DNA of 64,000 nucleotides. Source: Podargus strigoides (Eukaryota). This document shows, in pieces, positions 23,386-35,231 of this stretch (position 1 is the first letter of the stretch; each line of letters begins with the position of its first letter). The position numbers and the translations under genes are program-made. Under the pieces are notes generated by a model, which was not told the DNA's origin, did no database searches, and worked only from the letters and a program-made list of their open reading frames with translations. The stretch spans positions 14,336,861 to 14,400,860 of the forward strand of contig CM051638.1 of assembly GCA_028020825.1 (NCBI GenBank), given 5' to 3'.

Positions 23386-24829
23386 TAAGAACCAAGTTGT
23401 GCTGCGGGTGGTGACACCGTGTGCCAGGATATGTGCCCAGGTAGTGCAGCAGTGATGGGATTCCAAGATGGGCTTTTCACAGTCTGGCAGCATCTGCAGT
23501 TCAGTCTTTCATGATCTTAAAGGTATATAAAGGTAATTCTCTATACCAGTTAAATTATTTGAAAACTGATTTTAAAACCATTTATTCCTGGCAAGGCTGC
23601 GCATTGGCTCTCCACCACCACTGAGTTGAATTAATTTTCTGCAAAATTCTGGTGCTGAGGAGCTGGTGAACCTGTCTGCTGTCAGTTTTACCCTCTTTGA
23701 GGGCAGAGCAGTCACCACCACCAAATGCTCAGAGGAGCAGCAGGGTTGGGTGAAGGAACTGAGAGTGTGTGCCACCACTGAGCCCTGGGGGACTTTGCTC
23801 ATCCTGGATGAGCGGTGTTAATTACTTCTTGATGGTGGTTTCACCTCTCCCGGTAACTTCTGACCTCTCCAGTTACTTCTGGCTTTGACACAAGAGTTTG
23901 CCTCTCACCCTGTGTGTTTCATGTCTTGAAAGAGAAGGGCCCCACTGAAACTGTGTCTTCAATGGTCAGGGTCCCATTGCAGGGACAGGTTCCCCGTGGG
24001 GACCCAGGAGTCCCAGGACAGCAGGGTGTCATCAGGGCTGATGGGCACTGTCCTGTGGCTGTGGGGCTGAGGCAGGAGCTGCCCCCAAGCTCTGCTGTGG
24101 TGTCTCACCCAGAAGCACCGGGGTTTGTGGGGATCAGCTGGCTGTCATGTCCTGGGGCTGCCCAGGATGGTGGGGGGCAGGAGATCCTTTGTCAGAGCCG
24201 GAAGAGCCTCTTTGTCCTTGCTGGTTGGCAGATGGCTGGGCAGGGCTGGTGCAGCCTGGGTGGGGGTATGGCTCAGGGGCAATGGGGCAGCCAGAATTCC
24301 TGGGTCTTCTCCTGACTCTGCCTGGCTGTGGGTCCTGGTGGTGGGGCTGGTTTGGAGGCAGCTGGAGCTGGCTCTGTCTGGCCTGGGGGCAGCCCCTGGT
24401 CTCTTCTTACAGGCTCCAGGCTCCTGTCCAGACCTTGCCAGGTGAACCCCAGACACGTCCAAGCCTCACTGCTGGTTGGAGGCCATGAGGCTGTGGCAGC
24501 CTTGCCTGTACCAGGCCACTATAAACAGCTGCTCCTGACACAAGACACCTCTTGAAGGGCTTGCGCTGTTTCTTCAGAGCTCTGCCTCAAGCAGTGCCCT
24601 TTATGGTCTGCTTTCTCTTTACCTATTTGAATGGTTAGTTACTGGATCCATAGTTATTCTTGACCAGGTCCCAGCAGTAAGAGGTTGCCATAATGGGTAT
24701 TTAGGAGACACACTGAGTCCAGTGTAGGCCTAGGTGCTGTGGACACCCGCAGGACCTACGTGCCAGCCCTGAGCAGGATTCGGCCATGCTGACCCATCTC
24801 TCCATGCAGCTCAGTGTTGGCTGCCCACA

Positions 24830-25200
24830 GGATGCCACAAGTCTTGTGGCAGATGACACCAGGCTGAATGGTGCAGCTGAGTGGCTGGAGGGGAGGGATG
24901 CCATCCAGAGGGACCTCGACAGGCTGGAGGGGTGAACCCCACGTGAACCTCACGAGGTTCAACAAGGCCAAGTGCAAGGTCCTGCACATGGACTCGGGAG
25001 ATCCCTGGTATCAGTCCAGGCTGGGGGATGAAGGGAGTGGGAGCAGCCCTATGGAGAAGGGCTTGGGGGTACCAGTGGGTGAAAATCTGGACATGAGCTG
25101 GGAATGGGTGCTCACAGCCCAGAAATTCAACCGTGTCCTGGGCTGCATCAGATGCAGCAGGGCAAGGGGGGGATTCTCACCGTATCTGCATTTGTTTCCA
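24830..25200 (+). mobile_element. CR1 RT C-terminal fragment
   Basis: ORF 24868..25203 reads ...NLTRFNKAKCKVLHMDSGDPWYQSRLGDEG...AQKFNRVLGCIRCS, matching the CR1 ORF2 block [12 protein letters not shown]...YRLG...KANGILGCI. Confidence 0.6.
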
Positions 25201-26883
25201 TAGCTGTAGCTGTACGCTCCAGGTTGCGAGGTGTGAGGAGGTTACGTACGGGATAAGGTAGGGCAGCAGGAAGTGTGGGGTTGGAATTTAAAGCGCTAAA
25301 CTTTACTGTTGTCAGGAAACAGGGATCAAAGCAGAGAACCCAGGGGAAGGATGGCCCCTGCAGCTGTGCTCATTCAAATTTAGTAATTGGGTTTGCACAG
25401 CCCACACATTTAGATTTGTGTGACCTGGTGAGTCTGAGGTGTGTGCCAGTATCCACGCACTGGTACCAACGTGCAGGGCAGTGGGTGGTGTGTGGGGAGG
25501 GCTGGACCCCTTTGGTGCATTCAGTAAACATGGGTTAGGCAGGGAGCTATGGTGAAGGGGCTCTGTGAGCACCAGAGCATCGCGCGGCAGAGGGGCTTGC
25601 GTGGAGACACTGGGTTTGTGGGATGGAAACCTTCCCAACGCAGGGCAGGCACTGCCGCACCAACATGCCTTGGTGACCATGCGTGGCAAGTCACTGAGTC
25701 CAGAAGCAGCTGCCCATTTGCTCTTAACTGAAGGTACAACTCGGGCTGACTGCGAGCTGGGGACCTACAGGCCCCTCAGGAGGCATCTGGTAGCGGCACT
25801 GAGCCTCCCGCTGCATCCCCTGGGGTGGGAGTGGGGGGCTGGGAAGGGCTGTGCGAGGAGAAAGGCTGGAAGTTACACCTGGAATTGCAGGGGGACATTG
25901 GCTTGTGTGATACAGCCTTGTCTGCATGCCCGCAACGGAGCACAGCAGGTGGAAGAGACCCCCTAAAAAGCACCCTGCAGCAGCTTCTCCCTGTCCCACC
26001 ACAGGACTCATCATTCCACCCGCCGTCACAAGCCCAGCGGGAGGGCAGGGGCGCAGCAGCAGGCAGGACCCCTCACTGCAGCCTCGCAGGAAGGCGCAGC
26101 CCGGCCGGGCTCCTGCCAGGGCCGTCCTGGGAAAAGCCTCAGCCCCATGGTGCAGGTAGGAAACTTGCTGTGATGAGAGTACCAGCGCGTCCCCAGACAC
26201 GTCATAGGGTGCTGAGGGTCAACATCTCGGCATTGCACAAAACATTTTGGGGAGGAGAGAAATGGAAGGGTCTAGGGGTTTCAGGGAGGAACACAGAAGG
26301 AAAATGGAGGATAAAAAGGTGTGTGACACAAAAATGGTTAGTGGTGGTGCCATGCCCAGGCGTGACCTGCAGACCCTGTCCTGCCTGGTTATGGAACCTG
26401 ACAAGAACAGTGCTCAGAGCCAACCTACAGGTGGTGGTGGGCCCAGAGCCAGCCCGCGGGTAGGATCCACAGGGGCAGCAGCGGGGGCAATGGGAGTGAG
26501 GGGAACAACGTGGGATTGGGACTGGAGGATCCTGTGGCCTCCCAGATGCTCCTGCAGCCCCTAGCCTGGTACTGGGTAGGCCGGGGGCAAGCGCACAAGG
26601 TTGGGGATGATGAGGTCACTTCTGTCTGGTGATGTGCTATGGGGGTCACTGTGCGCAGTGCCTCCACACTGACCTTGAGATCGCCACATCCTCTGGGCCG
26701 CAGCCTGGTGTGGCTGTGACATCACTTGTCCTGGTACTCAACCGCCGATGGCCTCATGGCGCCCACCCCCCAGAGCTGTAACGTAACGCCCTGCCGTCCT
26801 CATGGCTGTGACACCACAACCCCCGGCCCTGCAGCGCTACGACATCACACCCTCACCCAGCACCACCACTGCCATCTGCTCAC

Positions 26884-26889
26884 TTTATT
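26884..26889 (-). terminator. MVP: MVP polyadenylation signal AATAAA (plus-strand tttatt), 34 nt downstream of the stop
   Basis: It is the only AATAAA on the sense strand just after the stop codon. The cleavage site is expected near 26865. Confidence 0.6.
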
Positions 26890-26922
26890 GGGCTGTTCCA
26901 GTCGCTCTGGGACGTGTGGTCC

Positions 26923-27066
26923 TCAGGGGGTGGGGCCTTGGGGGGAGGTGCTTTCCACAGGCATGGCCAGCCCCAGCAGCCCCCGGGCAGTGGCAAAGAG
27001 GTTGAGGGGTGCCGTGCCATCAGTGATGAGGGTGGACTGGAGCCCCAGGCCCTGCAGCAGCTTCAC
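26923..27066 (-). CDS. MVP: MVP coding exon 16, the terminal exon (144 nt including the stop at 26923-26925)
   Basis: Acceptor tgtccccag|. Reads [47 protein letters not shown] then the stop codon. Confidence 0.85.
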   Translation of the reverse strand: MKLLQGLGLQSTLITDGTAPLNLFATARGLLGLAMPVESTSPQGPTP

Positions 27067-27314
27067 CTGGGGACAGCAGTGCTGGTCAGGCCCCCAGAAA
27101 GCCCCACCCCAACACTCCCCCCTCAGGCCATGCCGCCACCCCTGAAGACTGCCCCTTGCCGACAGTCCACAGGTGCCATGCCCAGTAAAGCCCCACCCAT
27201 TCCCCAGAGATCCCACCCAAGGCTCTGCCCTTTCCAGGTGGCCCTGCCTCCTTTAGGCCCCACCCCCCAGTGAGCTCCACCCCCAAGAGCCTTAACCCAG
27301 CCCCGCCCCCTCAC

Positions 27315-27503
27315 CTGCAGCTCAGGCCCGGCCCGGGCAATGTCCCGGATGGTGTCAGGCCCCAGAGCAGCCGCCACCTCCCGCACCCGCGAGGCCTCCA
27401 CGTCTGCCAGCGCCTGGGCCCGTGCTGCTTCCGCCTCCCCCCGTGCTCGCTGGGCCCGCACCTCCTGGGCCTGCACCCGCTCCAGCCGCGACAGCTCCGC
27501 CTC
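27315..27503 (-). CDS. MVP: MVP coding exon 15 (189 nt)
   Basis: Acceptor caccgccag|. Reads [63 protein letters not shown]. Donor |GTGAGGGGG. Confidence 0.85.
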
Positions 27504-27603
27504 CTGGCGGTGGGGACACAGTGGGACGCGCCCCGCACAGCCCCACCCCCACAGGCAGGGCTAGCACAGGCCCTACCCCTGCCAGCCCCGCCCTCTCACG
27601 CAC

Positions 27604-27730
27604 CGTCTCGATGGCGATGGCCTCAGCCTTCAGCTTGGCCTGCAGGATGGCGGCTTCACCCTCGATGCGGGCGGCTTCCGCCCGGGCCTGCGCCTCTGCC
27701 CGCGCTGCCCCCGCGCTCTCCACTGCCGCA
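27604..27730 (-). CDS. MVP: MVP coding exon 14 (127 nt)
   Basis: Acceptor ggcccag|. Reads (S)[42 protein letters not shown]. Donor |GTGCGTGAG. Confidence 0.85.
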
Positions 27731-27872
27731 CTGGGCCGGGCAGGGGGGAAGTGGAGTCATGAGCCACGCCCACCACCCACCCTGCCCTTGTGTCCCTGGG
27801 GTGTGCTGGGAGGACCCCCAGTGCCCTGGGGGACAGTGGAGGGCCCCAGTGCATGCTGGGAAGATGTCCGAC

Positions 27873-27989
27873 CTGAGGGCCTCCAGCTCCAGCAGCTCCC
27901 TGCGCGCCCGCTCAGCCTCTGCCTGGTCCAGGAGGCGCTGCCGCTCCAGGCGTCCCCGGGCCTCCTGCGCCAGCCGCTCTGCCTCGTGC
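27873..27989 (-). CDS. MVP: MVP coding exon 13 (117 nt)
   Basis: Acceptor tccccag|. Reads (R)[38 protein letters not shown](S). Donor ag|GTCGGAC. Confidence 0.85.
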
Positions 27990-28378
27990 CTGGGGACAGG
28001 GACCGTGGGGTGGGGAGGCGCAGGGGCCAGGGGGGACGCTGGGGGTGTGGGGAGACAGTGGGGATGTGGGGCACGTCAGGGACACGGGGGAAACAGTATG
28101 TTGCGGACGGGGGCTGTAGGGGGCGTGGGGGGGTGTGTTGGGGCCCTGGGTGGTATGAGGGACATGGGGGACATTTAGAGACATGGGGGGGACCTTGTGA
28201 TATGGCAACATGGGGCATTTGGGGAGGCATAAGGACATAGGGGACATGGAGGGACACAGAGACCTGGCAGTGGCCTCCTGGGACTTAGCACTGATCTTGC
28301 TCTCCAGCTGGAAGGTGTGGTGGAGGGACACAGGAGGAACCTGGTGGGACATGGGATGACCCAGGGGGACATGGGGAC

Positions 28379-28590
28379 CTGGCAGCAGCCTCCTGGGAGT
28401 TGGTGGCAATCTCGATGGCCAGCTGGACGCTGCGCTGCAGTGCGTCACGGGTGCGCTGGTCCACAGGCTCCACGCTCTGGATGTCGACGCTCGTCACCAC
28501 CAGCCCGTTGGGTGCAAAGCTAAGCTGCTCCCGCAGATGCCCGCTCTCATCGAAGCCAAACACAGCCGAGCAGATGAGGCGGTTGGAGTT
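28379..28590 (-). CDS. MVP: MVP coding exon 12 (212 nt)
   Basis: Acceptor tgtccccag|. Reads [70 protein letters not shown](R). Donor ag|GTCCCC. Confidence 0.85.
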
Positions 28591-28902
28591 CTGGGGACAG
28601 CAGAGACATGAGACGTGGGCTATGAGGACACCTGAGGACATCAGGGATGCTGGAGCACAGGGGGACATCAGGGAACACATGGGGCTTCATCAAAGCCAAA
28701 CATGGCTGAAGGGACCAAGCTCTTTGGGTTCTTGGGACATCAGAGAGATGCAAGACACCTGGGGACTTGAGGAAATGAGGGACCTGGGGAGATGCAGGGT
28801 GACCCAGGGCCCCAGTGGGGGATGTGGGTGAGGCAGGTGAAAGCGGGGGCAGTTGTGTGCAAGCGAGGGGACATCGTGGAGGGACATGGGGGCAACAGAG
28901 AC

Positions 28903-29041
28903 CTTGTGGAAGTCGTCGAAGGTGACAGCCGCCACAGCGCCACGCACGCGGGAGGCCAAGGCCTTGCAAGCATCGCCCACGAAGTCGGGGACGCTGAAAA
29001 GGCGCCCCAGGGCCTTGTGGTCCTCTGGTACCTCGAAGTGC
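28903..29041 (-). CDS. MVP: MVP coding exon 11 (139 nt)
   Basis: Acceptor ctccgcag|. Reads (W)[46 protein letters not shown]. Donor |GTCTCTG. Confidence 0.85.
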
Positions 29042-29425
29042 CTGCGGAGGGGTGGGGCAGTGATCTGTCCTCAGGGGGCACCCACCCGGGGCTGCTCCCA
29101 CCGTGGTCCCATGCACTGCCATAACCCTGCCCTGTCCCACAGCCACCCCCACCCCAAGGGCCTTTGGCATCTGGCTCCACCTGGCTGCTAAGCCCCGCCT
29201 CTTGCCTGTAGGCCACGCCCTCTTGATAGAGGCCCTGCCCCCACAGTGCCCACTCCGATGACCAAGGCCACGCCCCCTTGTCTAGCCCCACCCACACCAC
29301 CTGACCCCACCCCATGCCGACCCTAGCCCCGCCTGTAGCACTACCACAGCCCCATGGCCCATGTTCTGCTCCAAGGTCCCTGGCCCCAGCCCCAGGGCTC
29401 GTAGCCTGACCCCTGCCCCACCCAC

Positions 29426-29623
29426 CAGTTGTAGGCCAGCTGGAGCTGGAGGCGGGCGTGGTCGGCTGTCTCGATGGTGACAATGTCGGCACAGAAGTCG
29501 GGGCCCAGGCGGAGGCAGAGGCTGCGGCGGGCGTGGGGCCGCTTGGGGCGCCCCGCCGAGAGGGACAGGACCGTCAGCTGCTCCCCAGGGTCCAGCACCA
29601 CCAGCTCGGGACCCAGCACCACC
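29426..29623 (-). CDS. MVP: MVP coding exon 10 (198 nt)
   Basis: Acceptor ctgctgcag|. Reads (R)[65 protein letters not shown](W). Donor tg|GTGGGTG. Confidence 0.85.
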
Positions 29624-29949
29624 CTGCAGCAGGGCGAAAGCGTGTCAAGGGCATGGGTGACGTACCGGGGACACCCTGAGGACAAGCCAGCACACACTGG
29701 GCCCTGCACTGCCACCTGCTCTGCGGGGCCCAGTGCCACCCTGCTGGACCAGGGGCATGCTGTGATGTGTGGGTGCCCAGCACCACCCTATGCCCCACCA
29801 AGGACAGCATTCCTGTGCCAAGGATGGTTGTCACAGGGCAAGAACACAGCAAGGAGATGTGACACGACCAAGGGCGACAGAACGGCAGCATGGCTGGCAT
29901 GGGGAGGGGCCTCTGGAGATCTCCCGTCCAACCCCCCCTGCCCAAGCAG

Positions 29950-30600
29950 CACCACCCGGGCTGGCTGCCAAGGACCAGGTCGAGTCAGGCTTCAAATAAC
30001 ACCGAGGCTTGAGGCTCCACCGCCTCCCGGGGCAGCCTGTGCCGGTCACCCTTACAGTGACAAAGTGACTCCTGATGCTCAGAAGGATCCTCCTGTGTCC
30101 CAGTTTGTGCCCAGTGCCCCTTGTCCTGTCACTGGGCACCACCTAGCAGTCTGGCCCCGTCTTCCTGACACTGCCCCTTCGATATTGATGAGCTCCCCCC
30201 TCAGCCTCCTCTGCTCCACGCTGACCAGGCCCTGCTCCCTAAGCCTCTCCTCATGTGGCGTTGCGGCGCTTTGGGCCCGCTCATCCAGAGCCCAGCAGCT
30301 CCTCCGTGAGGACCCGGCGGGAGCCAGTGTCGCAGGACCCCCGGAATCCCAGGGACCCCAGCTGCAGCTCTCCCCTCAGATACAGGCCCAGTCATTCTGC
30401 CGCAGCTGATCAGGTGGGGCGAGCAGGAGCTCCCCTCACCGAAGCCATGCTGGCCGCTCCCAATGATCTCCCTCTCCCTCAGGGGCCTGGAAATGTTTCC
30501 AGGATTGAAGGGAGGTGAGGCCTGGCCTGCCCTGGGTCCTCCTCCCTGCCTTTCTGGAGGGTGGGGGTGACCTCTCCAGTCTCTGGACACTTCTCCCAGT
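29950..30600 (-). mobile_element. CR1 fragment inside MVP intron 9: ORF2 C-terminus plus a piece of mid-RT, with an internal deletion
   Basis: The minus ORF 29831..30142 reads DRTRGTGHKLGHRRILLSIRSHFVTVRVTG, the CR1 C-terminus. The plus strand at 30420-30520 translates AMLAAPNDLPLPQG...SRIEGR, the characteristic reverse-complement reading of CR1 ORF2 (compare 14460-14580). Confidence 0.65.
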
Positions 30601-31104
30601 TGCCATGATGGATCACTGAGAGCGGCCTCTTGAAAACAGCACTCAACGTCTCATCCCCCTGGGGTCACAGACCTAAACATTTCTATACATTTTCTCAAGG
30701 ATTCTTTAACCTGAGCCTCTCCTCCTGAGGGCACGTCTTCCTCACTCCAGACCTTCCCTCTGGAGCCCAGCATCCCCCAGTGTGACTCAACTCAAGGACA
30801 TGCTGTGACACAAGAGTCCTTGCACTGTCATTTCCTCCCAGGGCCCTACACGACCAACTCTGCCCAGCACTGCTCTGTGACATGCCAAAAACATGTGAAG
30901 GACATGGCTCACACGCCTAGGACACACCAGCCCCCACGCTGTCACCTGCTCCCTGGAGCCCAGCATCAGCTGGCCACCGACATGCCAAGGACACCGGTCA
31001 CACACCAAGGACGCACCAAAGCACAGGGGTCACTGCACCACCACCTGCACGCTCCTCTGTCCCCGCCCCAGCCAACCCCCCATGCCCAGAACACGGGTGC
31101 TCAC

Positions 31105-31355
31105 CGTGCCCGCCGCTCCCGGTAGTCGTAGACCTGCACGGCGGCGTTGTGGGGCACCTGGTAGGTGACAGCACGGGTGCGGTCGCGCTGGGGGACCCCA
31201 ACATCTGGGCTGGCGGAGGAGTGGATCCCAGCATCCATGCTGTGGGGGTCTCCACGGGCTTCGGCCAGCAGCGCCTCCACCCCGGGGGGCAGCTCCTTCT
31301 CCCACAGCTCCTCGGCCTCCGTCAGCATGTAGGTCTGGCCTGTCACCACCCGCAC
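31105..31355 (-). CDS. MVP: MVP coding exon 9 (251 nt)
   Basis: Acceptor gggtgcag|. Reads [83 protein letters not shown](R). Donor cg|GTGAGC. Confidence 0.85.
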
Positions 31356-31776
31356 CTGCACCCAGAGCCACCACAAGGTTCTGCTGGGCCGGGACAGCTG
31401 CTGGGGGGTTGGGATACTGGGAGGGGTTATGCAGGGTGTGTGGAGGCACTGTGAGAGGTATAAGGGATACTGGGAGCACTGGGATATGGTGGAGGAGTAC
31501 TGGCTGCACTGGGAGGGTTTGAAGGAACTGGGATGGGGTTTGGAGGCACTGGGAGCAGGTATATATATAGGGGCTTGCACAGCTATGGTAGGCTATAGGG
31601 GTCATGGGGAGTTATAACCATTATGGGGAACCATATGGGGGGCTGTGTGGGTTATGGGAAGTTCTAGGGAGCTGTAGTGGGGTTGGGGAGCTATAGGGGT
31701 TATGGGCGGGGGGGTACAGGGGTCTATAGGGGCCTCCAAGGAGCTCCCAGGGAGCTCCAGGAGCCAGGGCGGGCAC

Positions 31777-31935
31777 CTTGCCAGTGCGGATGTCACGCAC
31801 GTAGATGCCCTCATTGTCAGCAAGGGCCACGGCCCGGCGTCGCTCCAGCACGGCCACCTCGGCTGGTGGCACGTACTCGAGGGGGCCCCGGGCCAGCCAG
31901 CGGTCACCTGCCCGCCGTATCACCTCTGTTCCCTC
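31777..31935 (-). CDS. MVP: MVP coding exon 8 (159 nt)
   Basis: Acceptor attcccag|. Reads [53 protein letters not shown]. Donor |GTGCCC. Confidence 0.85.
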
Positions 31936-32341
31936 CTGGGAATGGAAGGATGGCATCAGTGACCAGCCTGGGGACACAGGGACCACCCCCCCTTGCATGG
32001 GGACACAGCCATTCCCCCATGGTCCTCTGCCACCAGCTGGCCTCAAGACATGGAGGCAGGGACACCCCCCAGTAGTCCCTCAGCTCAGGAACAGTGTGGA
32101 AGGGACTCCTCCCATGGCCCTCTGCTACCCACCTGGCCTGGGGAGTGTCCCCTGAGGCCTCCAGAATCCCCCAGGAGTCCCTCTCATACCCCAACTGTCC
32201 TGAGGTGCCCCAGCTGTCCCCTATGACACCCCAACCACTCCTGGGTCCCCCCCCATTTGTCCTCCAATTACTCCTGGTTGCCCCAGTCATCCCAGACTCC
32301 CTGGACCGCCCCCCTGAAACCCTGGGTGTCCCCTAGGCCAC

Positions 32342-32467
32342 CTCATCAGTGTCCTTGATGGTCTGGAGTGCCTGGAGCAGCAGCCCCTCGTCCTCAGAGA
32401 GCACATAGACATCCTGAATGCCAGCCTGGAGCCGCTCGCCTGGCTGCAGAAAGAAGGACTTCTCCCC
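32342..32467 (-). CDS. MVP: MVP coding exon 7 (126 nt)
   Basis: Acceptor atccccag|. Reads [42 protein letters not shown]. Donor |GTGGCC. Confidence 0.85.
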
Positions 32468-33197
32468 CTGGGGATGTGGGGACATGTCACCAGCAGGACA
32501 GGGATGTGGCAAAACAGGGACATGGGGCAGGGTCATGGAGACACGGTGGGACATGAAGTAAGGGCATGGGGACATGGTAGGACATGGGGGAAGGACACCA
32601 GGATATGGAGGGACACGGGGCAGGGACACAGGGGCGCTAGGGTCCCCCAGGGATGCCTTATGGGTCCCGTGGGCCACCTTCAAGACCTTCCCCAAGACCG
32701 TCTACAGGTATACCAGGGACAACTTCAGGCTCCTGGTGGCCACCCGCATGTTCCTATGGAAGCTCAGGGTCCCTCAGCAAGACGTCAGGGCTAATGTATC
32801 TTGACCTTTGGGAATGTGTTTGGGTATGTCAGGGCCACCTGTGGTCTCTGGGGCCCTCGGGTCATCATAGGGACCCTTGGGAACACCACAAGGGTGTTAA
32901 GATCCTTTGGGGATGCATTGGGGACTTTTGGGGACACCTCAGGGGTACATATGGGTTTCTTGGGGGCATCTATGCATACATGAGGTTCCCTCAGAGCCAG
33001 TGGGGTGTCCCTTGGGGCCACCCTCAGGTCCTGGGAAGCACACTTGGGTCTCTTGGGGCACCTTAGGATCCCCCGGTAACACCATAGCTGTACATCATGT
33101 GTCTTAGGGTCCCTCAGGAACACCTTTGATACCTATGGGCAAGCTAAGGCTACATTAGGTGCCTTGGGGCCACCCTTGGGTACCTCAGTGTGCCCAC

Positions 33198-33434
33198 CTT
33201 GATAACGCGCTGCTGGCCCAGCTGGGGCTGTCCATTGGGCCCCACAGGATCAAGAACCACGCAGTACTGCCGGGGGCCCAGCGTCGTCACCGCCACCTCA
33301 GCCACCACCTCCTCGAAGACCTCCGGGATGTAGGCCTCACTCTGTGCCTGAGTCACCAGCCACTCCTCACCCGTGCGCCGCACCCGGCCCTGCTCATCCT
33401 CAAAGGTCCGTGTCGCCCGCAGGTGCAGGGCTTT
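33198..33434 (-). CDS. MVP: MVP coding exon 6 (237 nt)
   Basis: Acceptor tttgcag|. Reads [79 protein letters not shown]. Donor |GTGGGCA. Confidence 0.85.
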
Positions 33435-33479
33435 CTGCAAAGGGGGGACACACCGGGATATGGTGAGTGTTGGGACACC

Positions 33480-34360
33480 CAAAGCTGGCCCCAACAGGCC
33501 CTGTCACCCACAGGTGCAACGAGATGGGGTTCAGCGGCCTCCAAACCTACCCCTGAGGGACCTCATCACCTGGGGGTGCAAGGGGACAGGGATGGGGTGG
33601 GTGGAGGGGACACAACCCCCTGGAGGGTCCTTGCCACCCATGGGTGCAGTGAGAATGAGGACATGCTGGGTGGGGGCCAGGGAAGAGAGGACTCTCTGAA
33701 GGGTCCTCATCATCTGTGGGCACAGGTGGGGGAGGGATGTGATGGACTGGGGGGCCATGGCACCCCACATCCATCCTGGAGGGTCTTCATTACCCATGGG
33801 TGCAGGGGAATGGGGACAAGAGACTCCCAAACCAATCCTGAAGGGTCCTTGTCACCCATGAGTGCAGGAGAACTGGCATGTGGGACCCTCAAACCCTTCC
33901 TGGGTGTCCTTATCACCCTTTGATACCAGGGGCACAGGGAACAGGACCCCTAAACCTATCCCATTGGGTCTTCATCACCCATGGGTACAGCAGGAAAGGG
34001 GCCATGGTGGGCTGTGGGAGGCCAGGAGGGTTTTCATCAGCCACTGAGGCAGGGGGAACAGGGACACCATGGGTGAAGAGGATGGGACCTTTTGGAGAGT
34101 CTCCTCATCACTCATGGGTGCAGGTGCCATGGGAACATGGTGGCTTGGAGGGTTCCCCAGGCCCCCCTGGAGGGTCCTTGTCACCCAGGGGCACAAGGGG
34201 TCAGGGTCATGGATGATCAGGGGGTGATGGGACCCTTCATCCATTCCTGGAGGGTTCCTATCACCCATGGGTGCAGAGGAATAGGGACACAGGGCCACCA
34301 AACCCAGCCCGGAGGGGCCTCATCACCTGTGGGCACCAAGGAGGCGAGGACAAGGATGCC
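33480..34360. repeat. Degenerate minisatellite of about 60-85 bp in MVP intron 5, about 12 units. The unit core is CCT(C/T)ATCACCCATGGGTGCAGG(G/A)G.
   Basis: The core recurs at about 33557, 33640, 33705, 33790, 33850, 33910, 33970, 34030, 34100, 34180, 34255 and 34320. Periodic minus-strand ORF translations repeat (A)PMG(D/N)(E/K)DPPG. Confidence 0.6.
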
Positions 34361-34366
34361 CAGTAC

Positions 34367-34461
34367 CTTGTCGGTGAGGATGTAGGCATCCACAACATCA
34401 ACCACCTCCTCGTAGACACCGGGCAGATAGGCACCCACCTGCTTCACCAGCCACTCCTCAC
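34367..34461 (-). CDS. MVP: MVP coding exon 5 (95 nt)
   Basis: Acceptor cccccag|. Reads (G)[31 protein letters not shown]. Donor |GTACTGG. Confidence 0.85.
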
Positions 34462-35025
34462 CTGGGGGCAGGGGACGGCTGTGGGGGAGCTGAGGACACT
34501 TGGGTGCTTGTGGGGGAAGGGGACCAGGAGTTCCAGGGGTACTGGGGTGTAGGGTGGGTTTTATGGGGGGAGGGATGGGAGTGTTGGGGATCCCAGGGCT
34601 GCTGTGGGATGGGATCTGGGACTGCTATGGGGTGGGAAAGGGGTGCTGGGGGTCCCAGGGGATGGGGGTGCTGGAGGCCCCAGGGGTGCTCTCAGATGAC
34701 ATGAAGCTCCCAGGGGTGCTGGAGGGTGAGAAAAGGGTCCCAGGGGTATGGGGTGAGGTGGCAGAGGGTGTCCCAGGGTGCTGGAGGGTGAGAAAAGGGT
34801 CCCAGGGGTATAGGGTGTCCCAGGGGTGCTGGAGGGTGACACAGGGGCCCCAGGGTATGGGGTGGGGTGGCACAGGGTGTCCCAGGGGTGCCTTCAGGTA
34901 ACAGGGGGGTCCCATGGGTGCTGAGGGGTAGCACCAATGGTACAAAGTGATGTTGTGCCAACTGACACAAAGGCTGCTGAGCGAGGCCTGAACCCAGGAG
35001 GTCAATGGGGTGTCACCAGCGCTAC

Positions 35026-35157
35026 CTGTGACGCGGCGGGCACCATAGCGGTCCAGGCACTCCTTGCGTGCCCGCAGGCGGATGGCCTGATTGTGCCCAA
35101 TGACAGTGGCCTGCAGCGTCTCGGCTACCTCCACCTCCTTGCGGGGTATGTAGGTGC
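35026..35157 (-). CDS. MVP: MVP coding exon 4 (132 nt)
   Basis: Acceptor tccacag|. Reads (G)[43 protein letters not shown](G). Donor |GTAGCG. Confidence 0.85.
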
Positions 35158-35231
35158 CTGTGGACAGGTGGCACTGTCAGCCAACGGGTCCCCCCGGGTG
35201 TCCCCAAAAGGGGGGGCTCCCCCCTGCTCAC

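Noticed and set aside
25200-26860. ORFs 25825..26463(+) of 212 aa, 25724..26200(-) of 158 aa and others downstream of MVP, considered as a possible neighbouring gene.
   Set aside because: None has recognisable protein similarity or splice-consistent structure. They lie in GC-rich DNA where random ORFs are frequent. I treat the interval as intergenic/UTR-proximal with low confidence either way.
26914-29500. Plus-strand ORFs antisense to the MVP 3' half: 27270..28178 of 302 aa, 27422..28240 of 272 aa, 28400..28831 and others.
   Set aside because: They are antisense or intronic GC-rich read-through with low-complexity, Arg/Pro-rich translations. The same interval is fully explained by MVP exons 11-16 on the minus strand.
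33480-34360. Periodic minus-strand ORFs in MVP intron 5 repeating (A)PMG(D/N)(E/K)DPPG, considered as possible extra MVP repeat exons.
   Set aside because: The MVP coding sequence is complete and in phase without them. The units lack consistent donor sites. They are better explained as a degenerate minisatellite, though a possible pseudo-exon origin is listed in the findings.
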